The translations under genes were made by a program, and so were the position numbers. This document shows positions 20,740 to 30,045 of a stretch of 64,000 nt of DNA, one piece after another. The notes beneath the pieces are model-generated. The model made no database searches, was not told the origin of the DNA, and saw only the letters and a list, made by a program, of their open reading frames with translations. The stretch comes from a bacterium (lineage in GTDB: Bacteria; Hinthialibacterota; Hinthialibacteria; Hinthialibacterales; Hinthialibacteraceae): assembly GCA_963662285.2 (NCBI GenBank), contig CAXXMV010000008.1, positions 1,312,001 to 1,376,000 of the forward strand, in the 5' to 3' direction. Every line of letters begins with the position of its first letter. Position 1 is the first letter of the stretch.

Positions 20740-20870
20740 CTAAATCTATACGAATGTCGCTGGTCATGAATTGGTGAAAATTGCTATATCACGAATGTGA
20801 ACGTAATTATTTCATGCACTCTAAGTCAATTTACACTCCACAAATACTTTATCTCAATTTAGATAAATAA

Positions 20871-20961
20871 GTAGGGTGGGCTAAAAGCGAAGCGTAGCCC
20901 ACCAAAGCCACTTATGCATCATGGTGGGCTACGCCGCTTCGCGGCTTTTAACCCACCCTAC
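20871..20961. repeat. GTAG-type REP doublet (inverted pair)
   Basis: GTAGGGTGGGCTAAAAGCGAAGCGTAGCCCACCA...TGGTGGGCTACGCCGCTTCGCGGCTTTTAACCCACCCTAC folds as a long hairpin between convergent genes. Confidence 0.8.
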
Positions 20962-20971
20962 TTCTATTTCG

Positions 20972-21895
20972 CTATTTATTCAGCATCCAGTTTTTTGTTA
21001 ATGATGCGGCTAGTTTAAATGATGCCTGCCAAATATCAAATCCACCTGAACCATGAGGACGATCGGATGTAAAAAATAGCAACGCCCCATCATGTGATAT
21101 TCCCGGCGCAGCATCATGGTAAGAAGTATTCATATTTGGTCCCAGATTTTCCGGCGTTTGCCAGGGATCATTGAGTGATAAACGCTGTGTCATCCATAGA
21201 TCAAGTCCACCAAAACCTCCTGGACGATCAGATGTAAAAAAGAGACATAGTCCATTTTTAGTAATCTGTGGATTGCCTTCAATATTATTGGTATTGACGA
21301 TTTGCCCCAAATTCTCTACGGCTTTCCACGGATCGTTTAGAGTATCGCGCGTTGCCACCCAAAGGTCGGATTTACCGAATCCACCTTCCCTTGGAACATC
21401 TTGCCATCCAGAAGAGAAATACAAAGAAAGTCCATCATTTGAAATACATGGATTAGCATCACTCTTAGCGCTATTAAATGTTGAACCTAGATTTACGGGA
21501 GGCGTCCACGGATCATTAACTGTGGTTCGAGTCGTAATCCAAATATCGATCGCCCCCGATCCACCGCTCCGGTCTGAGGCGAAAAACAAAGACAATCCAT
21601 CAGAAGAGATGCTTGGCTCGCCATCAAAAGATGAACTATTAATCGCATCACCCAAACTTACAGGCTTCCCCCAGGGATCATTAATTGACTGTCGCTTTGA
21701 TTCAAATATATCCAAACTTCCTAGACTTCCAGATTGGTTTGTATCAAAAAACATTGATAAGCCATCAGCGGTTAAGGTCATTGAACCGTCAAGAGAATCT
21801 GAATTGAATGTTGATCCCAGGTTCTGAGGAACTCCAAATTCATACTGCGCAAAAGCCTCTGATGCAAACAAGCAATTAACCAATAAGCCAACCAA
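20972..21895 (-). CDS. Secreted TolB-like/PD40-repeat beta-propeller protein; 5' end possibly frameshifted
   Basis: Five repeats of P-x-NLG-x-x-x-N-S/T...P-x-I-S-x-DGL-x-L-F-F-x-S-D-R-x-GG-x-G-x-x-D-I/L-W. Confidence 0.8.
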   Translation of the reverse strand: MVGLLVNCLFASEAFAQYEFGVPQNLGSTFNSDSLDGSMTLTADGLSMFFDTNQSGSLGSLDIFESKRQSINDPWGKPVSLGDAINSSSFDGEPSISSDGLSLFFASDRSGGSGAIDIWITTRTTVNDPWTPPVNLGSTFNSAKSDANPCISNDGLSLYFSSGWQDVPREGGFGKSDLWVATRDTLNDPWKAVENLGQIVNTNNIEGNPQITKNGLCLFFTSDRPGGFGGLDLWMTQRLSLNDPWQTPENLGPNMNTSYHDAAPGISHDGALLFFTSDRPHGSGGFDIWQASFKLAASLTKNWMLNK

Positions 21896-21996
21896 TAAAG
21901 ATATTTCTTATAAAGTTCAGTCTTTTTAACATTTGCGCATGGATTACCATAACAACACCTCTTTTCATATCTTCTTTTTGTATTGTTAAAATATCT

Positions 21997-22059
21997 CCAA
22001 AGCCGTCGATGCATCATGGTGGGCTACGCCGCTTCGCGGCTTTTAGCCCACCCTACTTC
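21997..22059. repeat. REP copy, direct repeat of 20902-20964
   Basis: CCAAAGCC-N4-ATGCATCATGGTGGGCTACGCCGCTTCGCGGCTTTTAGCCCACCCTACTTC; the last 51 bp match 20914-20964 with one mismatch. Confidence 0.85.
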
Positions 22060-22102
22060 GCTGCTGATCTCATCAATTATTGCATGTGGAAGGTAAAGAT
22101 AA

Positions 22103-23047
22103 TCAACTCTTGCCGAACACGACTTTATCGATCACTTTTTTAGTCCACATCACGGCCTGCCAGTCATATTTCTTGGTTTCTTCTGGTGTAGACGGATTTA
22201 CGCCGCCCATGCCGGATTCGATTCCCCAGAATCCACTGAAGCCTGAATCCAATGATATTTGCAGTAGTTTCTCAATATCATAACGGGGATTGGTTCCATC
22301 GGGCTGCCAGCCAGTTTTAACCGAAACGCCTTTAGCGTAAGGCATGCATTCCTTTACGGCGGCATAGAAATCTGCGTCATCGGGATAGTTGCCATAATCG
22401 GGCAGCAAGCCGAAATTGGGGTTATCAACCTTCTTAACTAATTTTGGAAGCCATCCTGGAAATGATGATAGTCCGCCATGATTTTCGATGATTACATTAA
22501 TCTTCGATTCCTCAGCGTATTCAAGCAACTGGCTGAATGATTCAGCGGCGCGGTTAATCGCGTCGGGGTCTTCCTTGGGCGACGCGCCTCCACCGTGGGC
22601 GTTGCAGCGGATGGCATGGCAACCGAGATATGCGGCGATGTCGATCCACTTGCGGTGATTGATCACTGATTGACGGAGGACTTTCTTCTCTTTGGCGACC
22701 ATCGCACCTTCGTCATCCACCATTATCAATACATTCCTGACGCCATGATCGGCGGCAGCTTTGTTGAGTCGTCTCAAGTAGGATTCAGTTGGAACTTCAA
22801 AAAAATTATTGACGTACTCGATGCCATCGATGCCGAAATCTTCACGGCAGATACGCGCCACATCAGTTAATTTCCAAATCCCCGCCCTGAAACTGCGTAC
22901 GATTGACCATGTTGCAAGTGAAATAGCATTCTTGTCGGGATGTGGATAAGCCAGGGCCGATTGCTGAAACACGCCTGGCAGTATACCCAAACAGGCGCCG
23001 GTTATGGCTGATTTCTGAATAAAACTACGTCTGGAAACAGGATTCAT
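22103..23047 (-). CDS. Tat-exported sugar phosphate isomerase/epimerase (xylose-isomerase-like TIM barrel)
   Basis: SRRSFIQ twin-arginine motif; IENHGG, LPDYGN, VSVK and GIE metal-ligand motifs. Confidence 0.85.
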   Translation of the reverse strand: MNPVSRRSFIQKSAITGACLGILPGVFQQSALAYPHPDKNAISLATWSIVRSFRAGIWKLTDVARICREDFGIDGIEYVNNFFEVPTESYLRRLNKAAADHGVRNVLIMVDDEGAMVAKEKKVLRQSVINHRKWIDIAAYLGCHAIRCNAHGGGASPKEDPDAINRAAESFSQLLEYAEESKINVIIENHGGLSSFPGWLPKLVKKVDNPNFGLLPDYGNYPDDADFYAAVKECMPYAKGVSVKTGWQPDGTNPRYDIEKLLQISLDSGFSGFWGIESGMGGVNPSTPEETKKYDWQAVMWTKKVIDKVVFGKS

Positions 23048-23233
23048 GATAATTCTCCCATAATCTTAATTTCTTATTAACCAATTTATTGTAAAGGAAT
23101 AAATCCAATTGGTCATGTGACAGTAAAGTGTAATACAAATAAAAAATATTGTATTGCAGACTATCAATTATAACTAGCAAATTATATATTTATAAAAACA
23201 GATTATGTCCTAAAAAAAATAGGGGGATGATAC

Positions 23234-23815
23234 ATGTATCGAACGCAAGGCTTCACCCTGATTGAGTTATTGATCGTAGTCGCCATCATCGGCATTCTGG
23301 CGGCTATCGCGGTTCCTAATTTCATCAACGCGCAGACGCGGGCCAAGATCGCCCGCAACCACTCTGATATGCAGGCTCTGGGTACAGCTTTAGCCCAGTA
23401 TCAACTGGATAATAATCATTATCCCCCTGTAACCAACTGCGCCGGTCCGGCTGACCGTCATGGCGAACGCTGGGCGCTTCGCGTTTTAACCAGCCCCATG
23501 TCATACATTGCATCGCTGCCCAGCGATCCCTTTAATCCTGGAGATAAAGAGAGCGGCAACGTTTCAGGACGCCATGATTATGGTTTATACTGGTATATGG
23601 ATCGTCTTTCGCGGGGGACCTTCGGCAGCTGCACTCCGGAAAGCGCGTCAAGATTTTTTCAGAACGATGCGCAGAAGTGGTCTCTCAAAGGCCCCGGCCC
23701 TAACAAAATCGAGGATATCAATACAATGGTGACTGGTTTAGGTCAGGTAATCCTGGTTTATGATCTATCCAACGGTCTGATCAGCGCGGGGGATGTCTAC
23801 CGTTGGGGACCATGA
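23234..23815 (+). CDS. Prepilin-type N-terminal methylation domain protein, paralog 3
   Basis: GFTLIELLIVVAIIGILAAIAVPNFINAQ; LTSPMSY...DPF; GPGP...YDLSNGLISAGDV. Confidence 0.88.
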   Translation: MYRTQGFTLIELLIVVAIIGILAAIAVPNFINAQTRAKIARNHSDMQALGTALAQYQLDNNHYPPVTNCAGPADRHGERWALRVLTSPMSYIASLPSDPFNPGDKESGNVSGRHDYGLYWYMDRLSRGTFGSCTPESASRFFQNDAQKWSLKGPGPNKIEDINTMVTGLGQVILVYDLSNGLISAGDVYRWGP

Positions 23816-23834
23816 TGAGCAGGTTTATATTATT

Positions 23835-23868
23835 CCCTCTCCCACCGGGAGAGGGTTAGGGTGAGGGG
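23835..23868. repeat. Palindromic intergenic repeat (CCCTCTCCC...GGGAGAGGG type)
   Basis: CCCTCTCCC ACC GGGAGAGGG TTAGGGTGAGGGG hairpin. Confidence 0.6.
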
Positions 23869-23930
23869 TAATTTTAAATATCATAAGTTAATGAGATTGG
23901 GTTAAGAGAGGGTTGATTATTAAAACACAA

Positions 23931-23963
23931 CCCCCCTCTAACTCCCCCCAGGCTTGGGGGGAG
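23931..23963. repeat. Palindromic intergenic repeat (CCCCTCTAACTCCCCC...GGGGGAG type)
   Basis: CCCCCCTCTAA CTCCCCCCA GGCT TGGGGGGAG hairpin. Confidence 0.5.
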
Positions 23964-24037
23964 AATATTACTACCAACACTTTATATTAATATTATCATC
24001 ACACTTTTACAGATTATTTAATTCACAACGAGGCGAT

Positions 24038-25519
24038 ATGCAGAACTCTTTTCATTTTATTGACTGGGCGATTCTGATTGTTTATTTGGGGAGCATGGTA
24101 GGACTTGGCGCCTATTTCGCTCGCAAAGAGAGTACCACGGAGAATTTTTTCCTGGGTGGGCGCAACATGCCCTGGTGGGCGGTGGGCATATCAATCTTCG
24201 CTACCCAGCTGAGCGCCATTACCTACATCGCTATTCCAGGCCGCGCTTTTGAGACCGACTGGTCGTGGGCGGTGTTTAATATGGGCGCCCCGGTTGTCGG
24301 TCTGATAGTGATTCTCTTTTTCCTGCCAGCCTACCGGGCGCGGCGCATTACTTCAGTTTACGAATTTCTCGAAACGCGCTTTAGCCCGTCAGTACGCGCT
24401 TATGGCGCATTGACCTTCGTCATTATGCAGATCGGGCGCATCGCCATCGTGCTCTATCTTCCCGCACTGGTTTTGTATGAAGTAACCGGACTGCCAGTGG
24501 AATGGATGATCCTGGTGATGGGTGCGCTGGTAACCATCTACACCGTCTTGGGCGGCATCGAAGTCGTTATTTGGACTGACGTGGTGCAGACCGTGATTCT
24601 TATATCCGGCGCAGTGCTGGCTCTGATTTTAATTTGCATGCAAATCGACGGCGGTTTATCTGAAGTCATATCCATCGGAGCGCAAAACGGCAAGTTCCAA
24701 CTGGCTCATTTTGATTCCGCTGTATCGAAAGATATCCTCTGGTTCCTGCTGATCGGCGCCATCTTTACCAACCTAGTTCCCTACGCCTCCGATCAAACCC
24801 TGGTGCAACGCTATTTCACCACTTCAACCGAAAAGGACGCGCGGCGCTGCCTGTGGCTCAGCGTGTGGATCGTTATCCCATCGACCATTTTATTCTTTTT
24901 TGTTGGAACATCTTTATACGCCTTCTACACAGTACATCCCGAACTTTTGCAGGAAGGCGTGGAATGGGATAGAGTCTTCCCCTATTTTATTGTGCGCCAA
25001 ATGCCGGTAGGAGTTTCAGGCTTATTGATCGCGGCCATATTCGCCGGCGCCATGTCGAGCCTCGATTCCAGTTTGAACTCCATATCAACCGTATGCGTTA
25101 CTGATTTCTATAAGAGATTCATCAACCAACACCTCAACGACTGCTTCTATCTCTCACTGGCCAGATGGATAACGGTCATAATGGGCGCCGTGGGAACGTT
25201 GATTGCGATATGGGTGGCGCGCCGCCTGATGGGCAACCCCGATCAAAAAGGCGCCTGGGATTTCTTCATCGCTCTGCAAGGCATCCTCGGCGGAGGATTG
25301 GCGGGCATATTCTGCGTTGGCGTCTTCACCCACCGGGCGCATTGGCTTGGCGTCGCTGGTGGAGTGATTATCAGCGCCGTCGTATTGATCTTCGTGAAAT
25401 ATAATCTGCAATGGCATTCTCAAACCTACGCCGCGGTAGGCATTCTGGTTGCGTTCGCCGCGAGTTATATTATTAGTAGGGTGATGCCGCTTAAACAAAA
25501 TTCTATGCCCAATAAATAA
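24038..25519 (+). CDS. Sodium:solute symporter (SSS), SiaT-like subgroup
   Basis: FFLGGRNMPWWAVGISIFATQLSAIT, YTVLGGIEVVIWTDVVQ, DQTLVQRY and AGAMSSLDSSLNS motifs; about 13 TM helices. Confidence 0.9.
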   Translation: MQNSFHFIDWAILIVYLGSMVGLGAYFARKESTTENFFLGGRNMPWWAVGISIFATQLSAITYIAIPGRAFETDWSWAVFNMGAPVVGLIVILFFLPAYRARRITSVYEFLETRFSPSVRAYGALTFVIMQIGRIAIVLYLPALVLYEVTGLPVEWMILVMGALVTIYTVLGGIEVVIWTDVVQTVILISGAVLALILICMQIDGGLSEVISIGAQNGKFQLAHFDSAVSKDILWFLLIGAIFTNLVPYASDQTLVQRYFTTSTEKDARRCLWLSVWIVIPSTILFFFVGTSLYAFYTVHPELLQEGVEWDRVFPYFIVRQMPVGVSGLLIAAIFAGAMSSLDSSLNSISTVCVTDFYKRFINQHLNDCFYLSLARWITVIMGAVGTLIAIWVARRLMGNPDQKGAWDFFIALQGILGGGLAGIFCVGVFTHRAHWLGVAGGVIISAVVLIFVKYNLQWHSQTYAAVGILVAFAASYIISRVMPLKQNSMPNK

Positions 25520-25538
25520 TAATTGAAAGATCAACCTG

Positions 25539-26126
25539 ATGAAGAAAACCAGAAAAATACGATGTGCGCCATGCAACTCAAAGGATTGTAAAAAAGAAGG
25601 TAAGGATTGCTACGAAAAAGCTGAAGAACATCGTCAATTATATAAAGACGAAAAAATACTCAAGATACTCAAAGCATCCACCTCGGTTGAAGCGCGTCAT
25701 TATTGCAGTGAGACGCGGTTGAGCGAAACCATTCTCTTCGCCAAGGAGATAGGAGTAAAAAAATTAGGATTGGCCTTCTGCGTCGGATTATCAGCTGAAG
25801 CCAAGTCCCTGGAGAAAATCTTCCAGAAGCATTTCGAAGTCATCTCAGTCTGCTGCAAGGTCAGCGGCATCAACAAACGAGAGTTCAACCTGGAGCAAAT
25901 CAAGCCTGATGAACAAGAAATAATATGCAACCCGGCGGGTCAGGCCGAACTGCTCAATCAAGAGGAGACAGACTTAAACGTGTTGTGTGGATTATGCGTT
26001 GGACATGACTCTATCTTCAACATGAAATCCAACGCCCCGGTCACTACCCTCATAACCAAAGACCGCGTCTTAGCCCACAACCCGGCAGGAGCTATCTACT
26101 GCCAATACGTATCCCGTAAATTCTAA
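25539..26126 (+). CDS. DUF1847 family Cys-rich metal-binding protein
   Basis: CAPC...C; GLAFCVGL; SVCCKV; CNPAGQA; GLCVGHDS; KDRVLAHNP. Confidence 0.85.
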   Translation: MKKTRKIRCAPCNSKDCKKEGKDCYEKAEEHRQLYKDEKILKILKASTSVEARHYCSETRLSETILFAKEIGVKKLGLAFCVGLSAEAKSLEKIFQKHFEVISVCCKVSGINKREFNLEQIKPDEQEIICNPAGQAELLNQEETDLNVLCGLCVGHDSIFNMKSNAPVTTLITKDRVLAHNPAGAIYCQYVSRKF

Positions 26127-26131
26127 TGGAT

Positions 26132-29071
26132 TTATTCATCATAAACCCGTAACTCGCAAACCTGCGGGCTATTGTTGGGATCATCAGCCGTTGACGCCTT
26201 TAACACCAACCGCAACTGCCTGGCTTCAACGCGCGGGAAGGCGTGAACCATTCTACGCCTTTTATTACCCTTAACCTCAGCAACCGTTTTCCACTCGTCT
26301 CCAACTTTAACTTCGATGCTGTAATCGGGGCAGACTAGAGCATAATTCTGGAAAGTAACGTGCACCTTGTTGAACGGCTCGCGTCGTTTGAATGTAAGTT
26401 GAATCCACTGCGGGTAATCCTGATCTGATTGCGGACCCCACGAGTGAGGATGAGAATCAACCACCCGGTTGTAACCGTCAATCACATATTCCGGTTTTAG
26501 TTCAACATCCTTGATAAGTTCTTCATTTATCGCATCAGGCTTCAGGGTAAAAGTGTAGCACTCTTCACGTGGAACCCAGTTTGGACCGCCATAGGCGCGA
26601 CAAACGCCCGGTCTCATTGTCGGGAATAAATCCCACTGGAGGCCTTTTTTAGGCGGTAGAAAAACATAGTAATATTGATCAGCATCAACAGTCGCATTCA
26701 AGTCAAAAGTCACCCAGCCCTTGCTGTTAGCAGGAACCGAAGCCGTCGCCTTACCCAGGTCAGTAGTTGATGAGAAATCCCTGAACGACGCCGCCTTACG
26801 CAGAGTCAAAGTAATCGGCGTCGCGTTTTGGTTTGAAGAACGGAGATATAGAGCGATTTTGGTTATTTGGTTTACGCCTGCTTTGAACATCACCGCACGT
26901 GGTGTATTCAAGTCGTGAATAAGGGGAGTACCTGAATCAGGGAATAAAGTTTTCAAGTCAGGTATTTTTTTTACGCTTGACGCGGTGACAGATGCATTCA
27001 AGGCCAGATCTTTGGCATCCTCATTTTTGCGCCCCATTACATAGGCGCCGCTTTTCATTAAACGTTGCTGAATCCCGCCTATATTATTTTGGCCTGCTTC
27101 GCGGGGCGACAGGTTATTAAAGACGCACTCAGCCGCCGCGGCGCCGACGGCCTGTCCCATCAGGCAGGTGGTTCGCATAACGCGCACCCCGCCCAAAGCG
27201 ACATGCGACACTGAAATATTACGCCCCGCCATCAGCAGGTTATCAATATTTTTGGAATACAAGCATCTATAAGGTATGCTGACCTGCTGGCCGCGGTAGG
27301 CGCTGTAATACATCGGTCCCGATTTCCAAAAGCCGTTGGGGTGATGCACATCAATCCCCCAGCCGCCGTAAGCCACATTATCAGAATGGATGATCTTATC
27401 CGCGTAATCCCATTGGGTCAGAATATAATCGCCCACCAGACGGCGCGATTCGCGCTTGCCAGGGGCGTAGTTGATCCAATCCAAGCGACGGTTTTTGTTC
27501 TTCTCAATTGATTTGGCATCATAATTCTTGACGTAATTCCATAGACCCAGATTGATGCGGAACAGTTCATCGCGGATTTCTTCAGCATCATAGATGGTAT
27601 CCTTCATGCCGCCAAACTCGATATACCATTGGAAAAAACCACCGTTTTCGTTACCAGGTTTATAACCTTTGCCTTTTTGATACTGGCTGTAATGAGGTGG
27701 ATTAACAGGCATAGCGCGGAATCCTGAATCGGTTGATTCGAGTTTTATATCTGGTTGAGCGTATTGCCGACCATACAGACCTGAGCCATGCGTAAAGCGG
27801 TTCGACAATCCGCCATCCTGCACCCGATTGGGCATTTGAACCTGTTGCAAGGGGAAATGAGTTCCGGCTTTTTCAAAATCCTCTGGCGATTTCCACTGGG
27901 TGTAAGCCCACTCAGGGCAAACGAAGGGCGTGGAATCTCCCTCGCGGAAACCAGCCACGAAAAGAGTGTTGCCCATTGTATGCAGGTCAGTCTCTTCAGG
28001 CGCCAGCGACTCATTAAATTCATAACGCGCTTCACGTCCTCTACGGAACTGAGCGCCCGCCCAGAAACCTACCCAACCGTCGCCGGTGCAGTCGATAAAG
28101 ATTTTTGCGGGGAAAAGCATCCGCTTGTTTCTGATTGCGTCCAAAACCAAGACAGATTGTATATTCTGACTATCATGCATAACGGTATTGATAGCTCTGG
28201 TGTTTAGATGCAAGTCGATATTGGCTTCAGCGCGTACCGTTTTTTCTATTTCAGTCGACCAGTCATGATCGAAACCGCGACCGGGTAGTTTATAGAAGTC
28301 TTCGATGATGCCAGTTTCGAGTGGATCAAGTGGAATCCGGCTATTGTCGCCGCCTGGGGGTACGTCAATCTCTGATGAGGCATTACCGCCCAACACCGGG
28401 CGATCCTGTATCAAAGCCACCAAACATCCCTGACGCGCCGCTTCCACCGCCGCAGCGCAGCCAGCCAATCCGCCGCCAACCACTACTACATCGTAATCAC
28501 GAACAATAGTCGCCCGGCGGTATGGATCAAAATAACGGATTCTTTGCGCTTCCAATTGCGCCGGATCATCATCCGGCTTGAAAGATGATTGCATGGTTAA
28601 AACCAACGCGTCGCATCGCCCCCACCAGCCAGTGAGATCGTGCAGCGCAATCCTGGCAGCGCCTTGCTTAAGTTCGAACTGACCGCCATCGATCCACTGC
28701 CATGCAGCTTTATCGGATTGCCCGAAAGTGATTGTTGATGCGGCCTGGTTGATAATTACCTGAAATTTCCCCGGACTATGAGACGGCAGCCAATCCTTGC
28801 AGCGCACCCAAAGACGCCACGATCCATCAGCTGGAATGCTGGTTGTCGTTATGGCGTCTTCCACCGGGGCGTCAACCCCATTGGCTAACAGATACGGCGA
28901 ACCCATGATATCAACGAACTGCGAATCATTGACCCACCCGCCAGTTGAATCGAATGATTCCGCTTCGAGCCATATAATATCATCTGTTGGAGCGCAATAT
29001 GCACATGACATAAAACCTTGGGAAACAAATATAAGAGATGCTATAAGAATGATTGATAATCTATAATTCAT
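26132..29071 (-). CDS. Secreted FAD-dependent oxidoreductase with accessory beta-sandwich/discoidin-like domains
   Basis: Signal peptide; VVVGGGLAGCAAA, GGNASSE, IDCTGDG, KRESRRLVGDY, IPYRCLYS and NLLMAGRNIS motifs; C-terminal WIQLTF...VCELRVY. Confidence 0.85.
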   Translation of the reverse strand: MNYRLSIILIASLIFVSQGFMSCAYCAPTDDIIWLEAESFDSTGGWVNDSQFVDIMGSPYLLANGVDAPVEDAITTTSIPADGSWRLWVRCKDWLPSHSPGKFQVIINQAASTITFGQSDKAAWQWIDGGQFELKQGAARIALHDLTGWWGRCDALVLTMQSSFKPDDDPAQLEAQRIRYFDPYRRATIVRDYDVVVVGGGLAGCAAAVEAARQGCLVALIQDRPVLGGNASSEIDVPPGGDNSRIPLDPLETGIIEDFYKLPGRGFDHDWSTEIEKTVRAEANIDLHLNTRAINTVMHDSQNIQSVLVLDAIRNKRMLFPAKIFIDCTGDGWVGFWAGAQFRRGREARYEFNESLAPEETDLHTMGNTLFVAGFREGDSTPFVCPEWAYTQWKSPEDFEKAGTHFPLQQVQMPNRVQDGGLSNRFTHGSGLYGRQYAQPDIKLESTDSGFRAMPVNPPHYSQYQKGKGYKPGNENGGFFQWYIEFGGMKDTIYDAEEIRDELFRINLGLWNYVKNYDAKSIEKNKNRRLDWINYAPGKRESRRLVGDYILTQWDYADKIIHSDNVAYGGWGIDVHHPNGFWKSGPMYYSAYRGQQVSIPYRCLYSKNIDNLLMAGRNISVSHVALGGVRVMRTTCLMGQAVGAAAAECVFNNLSPREAGQNNIGGIQQRLMKSGAYVMGRKNEDAKDLALNASVTASSVKKIPDLKTLFPDSGTPLIHDLNTPRAVMFKAGVNQITKIALYLRSSNQNATPITLTLRKAASFRDFSSTTDLGKATASVPANSKGWVTFDLNATVDADQYYYVFLPPKKGLQWDLFPTMRPGVCRAYGGPNWVPREECYTFTLKPDAINEELIKDVELKPEYVIDGYNRVVDSHPHSWGPQSDQDYPQWIQLTFKRREPFNKVHVTFQNYALVCPDYSIEVKVGDEWKTVAEVKGNKRRRMVHAFPRVEARQLRLVLKASTADDPNNSPQVCELRVYDE

Positions 29072-29377
29072 GATATTCTCCTATCAGGCAATTATCTAAA
29101 AACAATCAAGATCATATATTCATTTATACAACATGAATCATAATAAATATAGAACCAGGAATTAGATTAATCGTCATAATAATGTTCTGATGGGCGATTC
29201 GTATAATCAAGATAAGATCATTGGATTGTTCTAATTGAAAAAAAAATCAAAATACCTGAAAACGGTTTATAATAACAAGGTCTTATGAAACGCACTCTTC
29301 ACGAATCGAAATAGACAATAGAGGAAAATACCGATCATTCATCGTTGGTGAAATACTTTTTAAGTTGAAAGACGATA

Positions 29378-30004
29378 ATGCAAAAAACATGTAAGGCTTT
29401 TACTTTAATCGAGTTGCTCATTGTCGTGGCGATCATCGGCATCCTGGCCGCCATTGCGGTTCCCAACTTCTTGAACGCACAAGTTCGGGCGAAGGTCGCC
29501 CGTGTGCGCAGTGAACTGCGTTCGGTCGCCGATGCGTGCGCCTTGTATCGTAGCGATCAGGGCCAGTTTCCGTTTCCAAAACTGAACACATACATAGAAA
29601 AAAGCGGTATTCATACGGACGTCAATATCGTCAAAGCCCTGCTGGAACTCACCACCCCGGTCTCCTATATGAACAGCGTCAACTTCCCCGATCCCTTTTT
29701 CAAAACCGGGGATGGCCACTGGAATAACACTGTAGTCGCCTATTCCAGTTACACCTATGTAAATTTCGGGGGCCGCTGGGGAAAAAACTGGTCCAATGAT
29801 CTGCATGTGGATGCTTTTGCTCTATGCAGTTTCGGACCGGATAAGTGGGATAGTGGCGGCGTCTGGCCCGTTGTGCAACGCTCTCAAGGCGCCCCGATCT
29901 CTTGGGAAGCGTTTTACGAAGGCAGTAATGGACTGAACAGCCAAGGCGACATCGTTCGCTACGGCGGCAGTCACGGCTTTACCAGTTCCTCAGTGGGTGG
30001 ATGA
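29378..30004 (+). CDS. Prepilin-type N-terminal methylation domain protein, paralog 4
   Basis: AFTLIELLIVVAIIGILAAIAVPNFLNAQ; LTTPVSY...DPF; SFGPD...YEGSNGLNSQGDI. Confidence 0.88.
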   Translation: MQKTCKAFTLIELLIVVAIIGILAAIAVPNFLNAQVRAKVARVRSELRSVADACALYRSDQGQFPFPKLNTYIEKSGIHTDVNIVKALLELTTPVSYMNSVNFPDPFFKTGDGHWNNTVVAYSSYTYVNFGGRWGKNWSNDLHVDAFALCSFGPDKWDSGGVWPVVQRSQGAPISWEAFYEGSNGLNSQGDIVRYGGSHGFTSSSVGG

Positions 30005-30045
30005 TCTAAAACGGGGAATGCTCTAAAGTGATTGTGAATATCCCT

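Noticed and set aside
19161-22059. REP copies as a CRISPR array or integron attC sites
   Set aside because: No regular repeat-spacer period, no cas or intI gene, and the ends are GTAG/CTAC rather than RYYYAAC/GTTRRRY.
19325-30004. Diversity-generating retroelement or shufflon acting on the prepilin paralogs
   Set aside because: No reverse transcriptase, template/variable repeat pair, invertase or recombination-site repeats. The paralogs differ throughout rather than at adenine positions.
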